64,000 bases of DNA from Takakia lepidozioides. Lineage: Eukaryota; Plantae; Bryophyta. The DNA is taken from contig CM060734.1 of the NCBI GenBank assembly GCA_030704615.1, positions 4,774,001 through 4,838,000 of the forward strand, written 5' to 3'. The notes beneath the pieces are model-generated. The model worked only from the letters and a program-made list of their open reading frames with translations. It was not told the origin of the DNA and did not search any database. Position 1 is the stretch's first letter, and every line of letters begins with the position of its first letter. The translations under genes were made by a program, and so were the position numbers. This document shows, piece after piece, positions 26,381 through 39,359 of the stretch.

Positions 26381-27876
26381 ATTTCGATTGATTTCATATT
26401 ACACTAGGACGTATCAGAGGGTACATTGAACACACTGGCCAAGTCTCAAAACGAACGAAAATCATTTGGATGGGCAACCATCTGTTGGCCCATTGAACGA
26501 ATTTTGATTGATCTCATATTACTCTGGGGCCTCTTACATGGCACATTGAACATAGTGGCCAAGTCTCAAAGCGAACCAAAATCATTTCGATGGCCAACCA
26601 TCCGTTGAGCCATCGAATGAATTTCGATTGATCTGATATTAGTCCGGGACCCGTGAGAGGGTGTCTGGAATGTGCTGGCAAAGTTTGGAAGCTAACAAAA
26701 ATGATTTGGATGGGCAACCATCTGTCACCCGTTGAATGTATTCTGTTGGAGCTGCTATTGCTTTGGGACCTGTTAGACTGTGTTTCGCGTGCTCACGATT
26801 TTTTTTTTTCATTCCGTTTTTAAATTGGGCGGGTAATGTAGCCATATGCAACGTGCGTGCCAAATTTGGGAGCGATCAAAATTCATTTGGACCCAAAACC
26901 ACAGTTTTCTTCCCTGTTTTGCACTCCAAACTTGATTTGTGCTCTACTTCATGCATTCTTCATAGAGAGTTATGCAATAGTGAGCGAAGAGAACATTTTT
27001 TTTTTGGGGGCATTTTTTATTGGTCCAAATTTTGGCGGGGGAGTAGCTGTGGGATGCTGGAAGCCGCAGAACAAAATTGAGCCAAAAACAAAATCGATAC
27101 GTGCCAGAAACCCCCACTGAAAGGCAGTGCAAACCTATTTATTGGCTTAAATTAAATTTAAATTCAATTAGATTGTGGAATGGCTTGAGGGGGGAGCGCG
27201 TCGATGGGGAGGCAAATGATTTATTCGTCTGTTTTGTCTCCGCACATTTGTCGCTCACATGTTCAAGCACATGCGGGCAAAAGAGGGGCTTCAACCACAT
27301 CCGTTCAATGGGTGCAATAGCCGTGCACGCATTGCAAGATTTATTTTTCGCATTGAACAAAAACCAGATGACAAGTGAACGCCTCATTGGACAATCGAAC
27401 GATTTTCGATTGATCTCGTATTACACCGGGACGTATCAGAGGGTACATTGAACATACTGGCCAAGTTTCAAAGCGAACGAAAATCATTTGGATGGGCAAC
27501 CATCCGTTGGCCCGTTGAACGAATTTCGATTGATCTCATATTACTTTGGGGCCTCTTACATGGCACATTTAACATAGTGGCCAAGTCTCGAAGCGAACCA
27601 AAATCATTTCGATGGCCAACCATCCGTTGAGCCATCGAATGAATTTCGATTGATCTGATATTAGTCCGAGACCTGTGAGAGGGTGTTTGGAACGTGCTGG
27701 CAAAGTTTGGAAGCTAATAAAAATGATTTGGATGGGCAACCATCCGTTCACCCGTTGAATGTATTTTGTTGGAGCTGCTATTGCTTTGGGACCTGTTGGA
27801 CTGTGTTTCGTGTGTTCACGATTTTTTTTTCATTCCGTTTTTGAATGGGGTGTGTAATGTAGCCATATGCAACGTG
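26381..27876 (+). repeat. Left arm: about 1.5 copies of a ~1.02-kb unit made of 120-bp subrepeats plus a ~0.6-kb module
   Basis: ATTTCGATTGATCTCATATT-like starts at 26381, 26501, 26621 and 27403, 27523, 27643. Confidence 0.9.
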
Positions 27877-28405
27877 TGTTGCAAAACAAGGAAGAAACTG
27901 TGGTTTTGGGTCCAAATGAATTTTGATTGCTCCCAAATTTGGCGTGCGCGTGGCGAGGTGCGACTGGCCAGTCGCGCCGTGCTGACACGTGGCGAGGCGC
28001 CATTGGCCTGTCGCGCCTTTTCAAGCATAATGCCATTTGTTTTTTTTGGGGGGGGGAGGAGGGGGGCTGGTGGGCGCCTATATAAACCATCCCCCCCTCC
28101 TTTTTTGATCACTTTTGCACCTCTTGTGGTGCGGTTCCTTGGCATCCTGTAGTCCTTTCGGACTTCGTTGCTTGGCACTGCCAACGGGAGGTGCAAAGGT
28201 GATTATTTGGGGGGGGAGGTTTTGTCGGTTTTCTATTGGTCAGTCCCACACACTTGTTCACGGTACAATCATCGTATCACCATTTTTCCGTTTCCGGATC
28301 TCCGGCGGCTTAATTTTTTGCAGAAAACTACGAAGACACCATCCACAAGCGTTCATTGCCATTTTTCTGAGGTTTTGGACCCTGTAGTGGGCAAAAGTTT
28401 ATACA

Positions 28406-29847
28406 ATGTCGGGGGTTGTGAATTCAAGTTCTGGGGCAGGATCGTCTGGGGGGCGGTGGAAGAGAAAATGTGCCCACGAGCGGGATAGCCAGGTCAACAA
28501 GCCAGACTACCCGGGACCGGATGTCTTGGATAGGGTGAAAGAAGTGGTAGCGGATTATTTCAAGGGTAGGGACATGATGAGGCTGGAGAGTGCTTATATT
28601 AGGCATGGATGTGAGGGGTTTCAGATTTTTCAGCAAAATATGGAGAGGAAAATGACAAACGCTTTGGCGGGGGCTAAGTGGACGGCGGACAGGGACAAGC
28701 CGAAGTTCAATCGGTGGATCGAAAGCAGGACGAAAGACGCCACGTGGAATTTGGGGCAGCTAATGAAGACATGGAAGGGTAGAACAACCGAGGGTCGAGT
28801 GCCCTCCGCCAAAGCTGAGTTAATGCGACGTGTTGAGTATTGGGCTTGCTCGGCAAGTCAGAATTCACATTGCCGGACTAGGGTTGTCTTTTGGAAGGCG
28901 GGGTCATCGGGCGGGGGAGGCACAACTGGTCTTTATTACTTGAACTCTACTGCGAAGGTGGTAGAGATTGGCCCTTACAAAGAAGGAGGGTATGCTAAGG
29001 TCCGTCACTGTAGGATTGTTGGCGATTCTAGAATACCGGAGCGTTGGGAGCTAGCGGGAAAAAAACCCAAGTCTAAAAATCCAGAAAAGGCGTTGAGACA
29101 ACATAACGACGAGTGTTTGGCAATGAAGTTCCAGCATCCGGGTGTTATCTTGTATTTTGTTGTGAATGCACGTGAGGTAGAGGGTTACACTCGCTGGTGG
29201 AATGGGGGGACAATACGCGACATGATGAACCTTGACAGAAAATGGGGCAACGATTCGGACAACAAGATGATTTTGGAACAAAGGGGAACGGAAACAGAGT
29301 TCCAGGAATGCGATCGTTTGCTTCGTTTCCGGAAAGTGCGCAGTAAATTTGCATGGGCACTGGTGTGCATCATGGATGCTGTCCACAAGAACGGTGTCCT
29401 GCACATAAATTGGTCATGGAACATACTTTGATCATAATGAGCGCCGCCATTTATTCGTACCGCTATCTTCCCAACGGCAAAGGCCTCCGACGTCGTGTCC
29501 TGGGGGGGGGGGGGGACGTGGCATTTGCATTGAAAACCGATGCAATATATTTTTCCACCCACCATCTTTTCGCGAGTTCCCGGTCCAGCTTGTGTTGGTT
29601 TTCAAACTGGTACGGCGAGGCTTTGCGTATGCCCAATGGGGTGGCTAAGCCCCAATCACACACCCCAATCTTGATCTCCTTGGTGCCATCTGGAAAATAC
29701 AATAAGATGTGTTGTTGGCATTCAATGCTACAAAGGTTGTACGACAACAACAAGAATGAGAGAGTCACATTAGCCCATGTAGTACTTCGGTTCACGGGCA
29801 AGCCATTCAATTGGCCTGAGCCGAAAGACGTATATAGGACGGAGTAG
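28406..29847 (+). pseudogene. Protein kinase gene with an internal inversion (29407-29706)
   Basis: Plus strand: EGGYAKV (Gly loop), LAGKKPK, QHPGVI, WWNGGTI, VHKNGVLH. Minus strand: ILLYF..IGVCDWGLA and SEAFAVGKIA. Plus strand again: MLQRLYD..ERVTLAHVV. TATAAA at ~28081. Confidence 0.85.
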
Positions 29848-29930
29848 ACCATAGTCTCGTAGATATGAGATTTATGGCGATACAATGGTTCTTTTATGAA
29901 GACATAACTCAATTTTGATCGTGTATGTAA

Positions 29931-30462
29931 TAAATAAAGTCCTATTGTAAATACTACATTGCATATGCTCGACCCTGGCACATGTCATCGCAACATAAAT
30001 GGTTTGTGTACTGGCTCACTGTTTATATTTGTAATGTTCCAAGGTTTCGGATAGGGTTATGAGAAAACGATGTATTAGTTCCGTAGGAGTTAGACAATAA
30101 ACGTCTCCTCTCAATCAACTGTGCGACACTACCATGAGAGGCATGGATCGGAAAGTAATAGGTGCACATACGACCTCCGAACGTTTGATACTAGGTCTCT
30201 ACTTAAACGTCCGGAGGTCGCATGTACACCTATTATTTTTTTATCCATGCCACTCATGGTAATATGGCACAGTTGAATGAAATATGGAACGTTTGTTGTC
30301 TAACTCCTATGGATCCAATATATCATTTTCTCAGTACCCTGTCAGAAACATTGAAACATTCGTAGTTACAAACAGTGTCACAATACACGGCCGGTTTTGT
30401 TGAAATGACATTTGTGAGGTTCGAACATATGCAATTTATTATTTACAACGGAATTTTATTTA
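29931..30462. repeat. Long imperfect hairpin 1 (~257-bp arms, ~18-nt loop)
   Basis: TAATAGGTGCACATACGACCTCCGAACGTTT pairs with AAACGTCCGGAGGTCGCATGTACACCTATTA. CCGTAGGAGTTAGACAATAAACGT pairs with ACGTTTGTTGTCTAACTCCTATGG. TTGCATATG pairs with CATATGCAA. Confidence 0.9.
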
Positions 30463-30514
30463 CTCGGGGGACCGGTACTGCTGTTGGAGCGCAACTGATG
30501 GTGCGAGTTCTTTA

Positions 30515-30935
30515 TTGATTGGAGCTGTCACAACCAATGTCAACAATCATATTTACGGTAAGGTGTTTCATGTTATTATTGTTCATCTAGCTGAATTATG
30601 TAGTACTTTTTTTGCTATTCCCATGTCAACGTCCTCTGAGACTGTCATGTTCAAACGGACGTATCAGCCACCCCGGCCAACTTGCAGGCTGCAGCCATGG
30701 CCCACCATAAATTAAATGAATTGGAGATTTTGTGCGAAGTTCCTGGTTTCATGTCCGTGGTGGCTAATACAGAATTCGGAATATGGCAGTCGCAGTGGAC
30801 CTGATGTTGTTGGCATGGGAGTAGCAAAACGATTCCTAAATAATTCAGCTACATGTATATCGGCAGTATGAAACACCGTGCAGTACAATGATTCTTGAGA
30901 TTGTTTGCACGGATTAGTTGTGTTTGTGCTTTCAA
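30515..30935. repeat. Long imperfect hairpin 2
   Basis: TTTGCTATTCCCATGTCAAC pairs with GTTGGCATGGGAGTAGCAAA, AGCTGAATTAT with ATAATTCAGCT, and GGTGTTTCAT with ATGAAACACC. Confidence 0.85.
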
Positions 30936-30962
30936 GTGGCGAACATTTCCGCCATGGTACGG

Positions 30963-31051
30963 AAGACGTGTATTGGCCACATTAAACGGTTGATGTGATA
31001 TCATTCACAAATGTATCACATGAACCGTTCCATGTGGCCTACGGGAGTCTT
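30963..31051. repeat. Hairpin 3 (~90 nt, pre-miRNA sized)
   Basis: GGCCACAT..AACGGTT..ATGTGATA pairs with TATCACAT..AACCGTT..ATGTGGCC. Confidence 0.8.
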
Positions 31052-31189
31052 TGATGGGTACGAGATCAATGTGGCCTACGAGATGTGCTTCCACCAACAA
31101 ACATGTGATCATTTCAGAAGCGCTAGAACTTTGAAGCGACGATGGGCAAGGTTCTTCATCCAGATGTTCAACATGCTGAGGTCTTCTAT

Positions 31190-31468
31190 AATGTCTATTG
31201 CTTCGTAATGAGGTGCTTCTCCAACTCTTATTTTTCCAATGCTAATATCTTCCATCTGGAACATATCCACACATGCGTATATAACTTAAAAAAACAAATG
31301 ACCATCAAAACTGGAAGCTGGGGATGAGGCTTATAAAAGTTGAGATGGTCATTTGTTTTTTTAAGGATTTCTACACACATATGTGGATCTGTTCCAGGTG
31401 GAGAATATTAACATATTGGATAAAGTGGACATGGAGAAGCACCGCATTATGAGGCAGGAGACACTACA
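31190..31468. repeat. Long imperfect hairpin 4
   Basis: TAATGAGGTGCTTCTCCA pairs with TGGAGAAGCACCGCATTA, and CTTAAAAAAACAAATGACCATC with GATGGTCATTTGTTTTTTTAAG. Confidence 0.9.
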
Positions 31469-31544
31469 AAAAAAGCTTAAAAGGGCATACCATGTAACAG
31501 ATCCCAGTATAATCGAATACGAAACCTCATTCATTCAATGGGCG

Positions 31545-33320
31545 ATTGAGTGGTTGCCCATCCAAATGATTTTCGTTTGCTTTCAATCTTTGCCACTATG
31601 TTCAACATACCATGTATCAGGTCCCGAACTAATATCAGATCAATCGAAATTCATTTGATGGCTCAACGGATGGTTGGCCATCAAAATGATTTTGGTTCGC
31701 TTTGAGACTTGGCCACTATGTTCAATGTGCCATGTAAGAGGCCCCAGAGTAATATGAGATCAATCGAAATTCGTTCAATGGGCCAACGGATGGTTACCCA
31801 TCCAAATGATTTTCATTCACTTTGAAACTTGGCCAGTGTGTTCAATGTACCCTCTGATACGTCCCAGTGTAATACGAGATCAATCGAAAATCATTCGATT
31901 GTCCAATGAGGCGTTCACTTGTCATCTGGTTTTTGTTCAATGCGAAAAATAAATCCTGCAATGCATGCACGACTATTCACCCATTGAACGGATGTGCTTG
32001 AAGCCCCTCTTTTGCCCGCATGTGCTTGAACGTGTGTGCGACACATGTGCGGAGACACAACAGACGAATAAATCATTTGCCTCCCCATCGACGCACTCCC
32101 CCCTCAAGCCATTCCACAATTTAATTGAATTTAAATTTAATTTAAGCCAATAAATAGGTTTGCACTACCTTTCAGTGGGGGTTTCTGGCACGTATCGATT
32201 TTGTTTTTGGCTCAATTTTGTTTTGCGGCTTCCAACATCCCACGGCTACTCCCCCGCCAAAATTTGGACCAATAAAAAATGCCCCAAAAAAAAAGTGTTC
32301 TCTTCGCTCACTATTGCAAAACTTTTTATGAATAGTGCATGAAGTAGAACACAAATTAAGTTTGGAGTGCAAAACAGGGAAGAAACTGTGGTTTTGGGTC
32401 CAAATGAATTTTGATCGCTCCCAAATTTGGCACGCACGTTGCATATGGCTACATTACATGCCCAATTTAAAAACGGAATGAAAAAAAAAATCGTGAACAC
32501 GCGAAACACAGTCCAACAGGTCCCAAAGCAATAGTAGCTCCAACAGAATACATTCAACGGGTGAACGGATGGTTGCCCATCCAAATCATTTTTGTTAGCT
32601 TCCAAACTTTGCCAGCACGTTCCAGACACCCTCTCACAGGTCTCAAACTAATATGAGATCAATCGAAATTCATTCAATGGCTCAACAGATGGTTGGCCAT
32701 CGAAATGATTTTGGTTCGCTTTGAGACTTGGCCACTATGTTCAATGTGCCATGTAAGAGGCCCCAGAGTAATATGAGATCGATCGAAATTCGTTCATTGG
32801 GCCAACGGATGGTTGTCCATCCAAATGATTTTCGTTCGCTTTGAAACTTGGCCAGTGTGTTCAATGTACCCTCTGATACGTCCTAGTGTAATACGAGATC
32901 AATCAAAAATCGTTCAATTGTCCAATGACGACTATTGCACCCATTGAACGGATGTGCTTGAAGCCCCTCTTTTGCCCGCATGTGCTTGAACATGTGTGCG
33001 ACACATGTGCGGAGACACAACAGACAAATAAATCATTTGCCTCCCCATCGACGCGCTCCCCCCTCAAGCCATTCCACAATTTAATTGGATTTAAATTTAT
33101 TTTAAGCCAATAAATAGGTTTGCACTGCCTTTCAGTGGGGGTTTCTGGCACATATCGATTTTTTTTTTGGCTCAATTTTTCTGTGGCTTCCAGCATCCCA
33201 CGGCTACTCCCCCGCCAAAATTTGGACCAATAAAAAATGCCCCAAAAAAAAAGTGTTCTCTTCGCTCACTATTATAGAACTCTCTATGAAGAGTGCATGA
33301 AGTAGAACACAAATCATGTT
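31545..33320 (-). repeat. Right arm: inverted copies (about 1.7 units) of the ~1.02-kb repeat
   Basis: Reverse complement of 26381-27876. AATA..AGATCAATCGAAA at ~31631, 31751, 31871 and 32650, 32770, 32890. The ORF track gives near-identical peptides on the opposite strand. Confidence 0.9.
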
Positions 33321-34850
33321 TTAAACCCTACCTTTTGAGACCAAGCTTTTTTTTTTTGTGCTTGGCAAGACTTTGCTTTGGTTAGGGTAGCAGTGATGTG
33401 GTGCTGGCGGAGTCCTCCCTGCACGGTTAGGCTTGTGGAGAGATGGCGACTCTCCCCCAAACAGTAAAAAAGGTTCTTTTTGTTTGTTTGTTTTGCTTCC
33501 CTACTTTCTTTGGCATTCTCTGCGCTTAGATTGAAGTGTATTTGGCCTCGATAGCAAGTGTGGAAGCCTGCTACTCACCTCGTGCATCCTCACTAACTCA
33601 CAATGCGTTGTGGTTGTTTTTGGGACGGGCACAGGTGAGGGCTTCCACTTAATATTCTGATGTCTAGGTGCTGCTGGATGCCAAGTGGGATTGCAGAGCA
33701 GGGGAAGGAATCGCTTGCCAGGGACTCATCTTAAAATGTTGAAAAACTAAACTACTCTATGGTTTTTCTTGATCCTACCTCTTTCCTTCCTTTATTTTTG
33801 AAGAACAAGTGTAATGCTTTCTACGATGGGCTATTTTCGGCCCAGCCAATGGAAGACCTCTGCTTTGTTGTGACAGCCGGGTTTATGATGGCTTGTGTGA
33901 GAGACACATATCTGTTTTCCAGGCCCTAGTTTGCTTTGCTTACCTTATGGTAGTTGGAAACAATTTGAGAGGCTGCAAAGAACTGTTTGTTGCAGCTATT
34001 CGGGTACCCATGTTGGCCCCTGTTATGTTCCAACCCGGATGGCTTTGTTAGCTAGATGCTTAGGGTATGGTGAAGATTCTGCCTGTGGATATTCGGCTGA
34101 TAATGAAATATGGCAGCAATATATAACTGGTAATTGGTTGAGGCAGCCAGGGTGGTCAAGTGGAAATACCCCCTGGACATGGTGTAATGACATGGTCAAA
34201 TGTGGAATGATGTGAATAGGATGTACTGACAGTATTATATACTGTCACATGATGTGTATGCAGTCCTTAATCTTTACCTTGCTTGGTCACGAACTTTGAT
34301 TTTCAGCTGTAGCAAGAAATAAAGGTATAGGGGTATTCTGGAAAACTTACCAGACATATCCACCTCCCCTGTGGGGGCAAGCTGTGCGTCTAAACAAATA
34401 CTGGCAGGGCAAGATATTTAAATCTGTGATGTCCAAGTGTTCTTCTTGTTCTTTTTGTTTTGGAAAAAAAACCCTCCATGACACCCATGGGGTTTGAGTA
34501 AGTATGCTTGGATTACAGCTTGACTGGTGATCAATCAGCATCGGTGGCATACTCTTTGGTTATGAATAATACTAACATGAACACATTATTGTGCATGGAT
34601 GTAATTCTGGACACCAGTAAATTTTTTGTGTTGTGCCGTCTGGAAGAGTTCGAGTGCTCCAAAATCGTTCATTGATCCAGCGTTTCTTATGCACTTTCTT
34701 ATCGCCCAAGTACCAAATATACACTTCGATTCGCTCTCGGATAGACTGGGGTCGATGGAAGAATCGATGTCGGATGCGTTTTATTTTTCCTCAAAGGACA
34801 TTCCGACCCAGTTTTGAGATTAGCATCCTAGTGGCTAACTTCTGCATTTT

Positions 34851-37800
34851 TGTTAGTCCGTCATACGCAACGCAAACCGGTGCTGGTTTGATACAATGGT
34901 GCGCAACCGCACAACGCTACTACACTCCTCAAGCAAGCAAATCAAATGAGACCAGGACCCATACCGTAGGAGTTCCTGGATCAACAACAGGAGACCCCTA
35001 ATCAGAATCGCGATGATGACTATTGGTGGCGGAATCGGTCTCGGTCTTGTCCTCCTCGGAAGAAATGAACTCCATGGGCCCACTAGAGGAGCTCCGCTCC
35101 GAGGACAATGCGTGTACCACTCGGAGGGGCACAAGAGGTAAGTAGGCCAAGGGAATATCCCGGGTGAAAGTGAGCTCTGCCGGTCGGGCAGGATCACGTG
35201 GTAGCAAGTGGCGTAAAGTAGGAGGTACCCAAACAAAAGGAATCCGCAACGGATCAACTTTACCTGCGCTCAATAAATCAAGGGATCCGGTAACTACCAA
35301 CTCACAGATGAGGGCCACAGAGGTAGTCCCTCGATGATAGTAGCGGGGTGGCAAGAATCGCTGGCACGTGTGTGACGGGTGCGGAAGCCGCTCACCCTCT
35401 GGACCGCCTCCTCCCAGACTGACTCCCAGGAGCCAGTTCACGAAGGCAGGACGGTGGCCGCAAATAGTGCGTCCCACGCATCCCTCAGTGGCGCGGATCG
35501 CCGAACGGATGACCTGCTATATAGCAAGGTGTTTGCAATGGTGCGACACAGCGCTCAACAAGACAAATAGGCTATCTGCCATGCAAGATGAACCTCAAGC
35601 GATGAATCAAAATGAATATAGCCTAGGAAGGGTGGCTGGCAACAACCCGGCCAACGTGTGTTGAACCGGAAAAAATTATGCTCAGAATGCAACGTCGCGC
35701 CAACCTGCAAATCAGGGTCGACTCATGGGGAAGGATGTCCACGGTTCTGGTGCTGGAAATAATCCGGTACAATCCAATCACCCGATACTCAAAGGATCGC
35801 TCAAAGCGAAGGAGACTCACCGGCGCGGCCATACTGCCACTCAAAGTTCTCCATGATGTCAATATAACATGCAAGCACTGGTGATGGAAACACCTAACTG
35901 GTACTTGTGCGTAATGATAAACTGGCTTGGGTACGCCATAAGAAAGAATAATAAATATAAAGAAGAGAGTATAGAGAAAAGTACAAAACAATGAAGAGGA
36001 AAAGAGTTATCCAACCCTCCTCCATCCGATATGCGGGACACGCTGACTATTTACTTACCTCCCGGCAGACGCACCATTTATATGAAGAGCCCTTGTCGCG
36101 CATGGCAAGGGTGACGACATATTTAGCTAGGGGGGAACGTAGTAAGTAGCGGTGTGGGTTGGGCTCGACGAACCGCCTACCCGACGGCGGTTAGTGCAGG
36201 GGCTCCGCGGCAAGTTGAAGGGTGGACGAAGCGAACAAGATCCTAATTCTACCGGCAAAGAAGATTTTAATCTCCTTCACAGGGCAAGTTGCGTTTCTAT
36301 GTCCTATGGTTTGTTTACGGTTTACGTTAATAGCCTTCCAAGTCTTGTTTATTTCCTAAGTGTTCCTACAAGCCTAAATCCCCGAGGCGCCTATAGCCGG
36401 GATCCGCTTATAATCCCTTCACAAGGCGTTTACCGAATTTAGGGACGAAGAGGAAGTCTCTCTCCCCACTGCCCCTCCAATTCCCGGATGTCTCAAGGTC
36501 AAGACCACCCCTGGGAAGGGCCAAATCCCCTTAGAATCTCAATTTAGGGGGCATGCAATACAACCCTGAGCCATATTAGCTAATTTTCAGCTTATAAAAA
36601 TGGCAGAAAATCCATGAAAAATAGTTAAAAGAAATAAACATAAAAAAATTCTCAAAGGTGGAGAATCTCCAGGGGATCCTAGTGATCCCTCTGGAATATC
36701 CAAGGAGCGCGAGAACCTGCTGAGAACGTGATGGGAACGTGGGAACTCCGGGGCTCCGTTCCCGCACGGCGGGAACAGCCGCCGCGGATGAACGTACTTG
36801 GATGACGGGTTACGCTGATGTCATCCGCCCCCTAGAACTCCAAAATCTGCGCACTCAAACCATTAAATAAAGGGTATGGTGGGTCCAGCCCCCATTCCAC
36901 CACGTGATTCCAATAAATAATAACTTATTGGCCCAAAGAGGAGCTTCCTCTCATAGAATTTGTCATCTTCTACTTCTAGCCAAATCACTGTTCACTACTG
37001 TAGCCTAACTTTTAGGATAGAGTAGTTTTATTCCAAACTTGACCTAACGTTGTCTCGGTTCATACCTTGATGCCACTCTCTCTACAACCTTGGAGCTATG
37101 GCTTGTTTCGAAGATCCCACTCAGGGCTACCTTATACAAAAGACCGGAGATTTTTTCTATCATTCCATCATGCAATTGTGAGCAAAATCAACTTAAAAAG
37201 GGGGCGCCTAAAATACAATAGCCCAAGGTCCCAGAATACCCCCTTTTTCCTAGGCGGCTCTTTCGCCCGATGGATAAAACACGCCCCCGCCACGTGGCGG
37301 GGCGCCGTGCAGCACGGGGTGGTCTTTTGCAGTGGACCACTGGGCCAACGCCTGGTCCGTCTTATTACCCAGCGGTCTGTCACGAAATTGGTTGTCCGGG
37401 GGTCGGCGGATAACCCCGCGTGTCTTGGTGCCACGCAACAGTGCTGCACGAGCTTACGGGGGCCGCAGCAGCCCGCGCCTAGGCGCGTGGCTTTTTGAGG
37501 GGCCTGGCTAAACTTAAGGCGAATTGCCTGGCTATGGTGGAGCCCGAACTCTTTCCGCGAGCTGCTCCCCGCCCCTATGGCGGCTGGGCAGCTCAAATGA
37601 ATCAGCCCCTAAACACAAAAAAAACAAAATACTCGCTCCCCTTTGATTGTCAAGGGGTCCCCTTGCTCTAGGGGCAACCTTAGGAGGTTAGTCAGCCTAT
37701 GAACCTCTCTTTTCTTCAAGTATATGACCTCTGATCATCTATGGTCCCTCTATCACAGATCTGGAAACCACATTATATCCTCATTAATATGCAAGAGTAT

Positions 37801-39231
37801 GGGCTCCTAGCCCTGATACTATAATCTCAAGGACCTCTCCCCTCGGTATATCAAAGTACTTGACTCATAACAACTTCAAAGCTTCCTCTTACCATAAGAG
37901 GGTTAGTTTTTCCATAGATAACACATTGACACAAGCCACCTAGCATCACAAGCTCTCGGCTTAGTGTAAATCAACAAGAATGCCATAAAATTTCAATGCA
38001 AACACATGGGGTCGGTGGTGAATCACCCTCTAAATAGGCAATGGAGCTCAGGATGCTCTACTTGCTTGGTAGACTGGTGCTCAAGGTGGCCATCCTAGGT
38101 GTTCATCATGCTTGGCCCATCTCCGGCCTCCTTACTCGTCCTCGAGTCCCCGCCCTAAGTGTGGTGTCCACAACTATTCTCCCCTCAAGGGTCTCAAGGC
38201 CTAGAGCTAGGACCTTCCTAAGCTCTCCAAAAGCAAAGCTTCTTAAACTAGGGAGCTTCAAGCTCCACTCCTTAGGACCTTATAGGCCTCCTCATGCAAG
38301 ACTAGCAAAGCAACGCTACAATAAGCAAGAGAAAACTATACAATGAAGCTAGGTGAAGAACCGAGAGGGCTTGGTCCTCCTTATATATCGTTTTTGGGCC
38401 TAAAAACTAATGAAAAATATTGTTAAACTATTATAAACTTGAGGAGTTTATAGTTTAAAAACAATAGATTGAAATAAACTAATAATTTGGATGAAAAAGC
38501 TTAGGGGCAAATGATAAATGCCTTTTCATCCATCCCTTGGATGGCTAGTTGGTGCTACTGTCATTTTTCATCCATTAAGCCTCCAGGGCGAATTTATCAT
38601 TTTCATCCCATGGATGAAGTAGAAAATCATTTAATCGGCTTCCGCAGGTGCCGTTGGCTTGATAATTTGATGCCATCACTAATCTTCTCCATAAATCACC
38701 AAACTTGGTGACAAATTATGATTAGGCACCCCATAGAAGCCCATAAATTCTCAGGGTGATCGGGGATGAAAACATATTTCAATCGTCGGTTTTTGTGGTT
38801 TCGCCTTATAGGAAGTTTGCCGCTTCCTGGAAAATAAACTACTGATGGTGTCCCTGGGAGTCTTTGGCCCTGCACTGGGTCACAGATCTTTCCGGAGTCA
38901 TCTCCTTTTATCCAGCACCGTCCTTGCCGCGCCTCAAAGCCGACATGACTCGCCCATCGTTCCGATGCTGCATCCTGTTTTTGTGCGATATTTCATCGCT
39001 GTACAAACTGTTTCTAACAATCGCCAAGACTTCTCCCGTGTGAGCCTACTGGACTTGAGAGAGGGGAGAATAGATAGATCACAGTGCCGTTACCGGTATC
39101 ACTTTGGCAGCCTATCATGCTGTCGATGCAGCTTCCTACGGTCATCTTGATGCCAGAGTTCCTCTCCATGATCGTCTCAAACTCTGTCTAAGTTCCTAAG
39201 TTCTGTACCAATGATTCCCTGATAACTAACA
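34851..39231. mobile_element. Probable LTR-retrotransposon-derived non-coding block (long LTR or solo-LTR-like)
   Basis: Ends are TGTTAGT...ACTAACA, and the interior has TATA-like segments (CCTTATATA at ~38380) and no protein domains. No matching TSD was found. Confidence 0.3.
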
Positions 39232-39359
39232 AACTACCTCGTTTTTGCAATACAATGCTGAAACTGCATGTCTCAAGATAAAAAAACGATCCGGAAAAAT
39301 ATATGCATCTACAATGCGTTGAACTTTGCCTTGTGAGGAGGGAAGGAGGTGGCGAGAGA

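Noticed and set aside
28830-28900. WRKY/FLYWCH-type zinc finger in the kinase N-terminus (YWAC...HC)
   Set aside because: The downstream His ligands are not visible.
26426-33196. Many short paralogous ORFs in the repeat arms
   Set aside because: They are by-products of the non-coding 1.02-kb repeat, with no domains and variable stops.
34851-39231. Intact solo LTR
   Set aside because: TGTTAGT/ACTAACA ends are present but the flanks (ATTTT versus AACTA) give no TSD. Kept only as a low-confidence feature.
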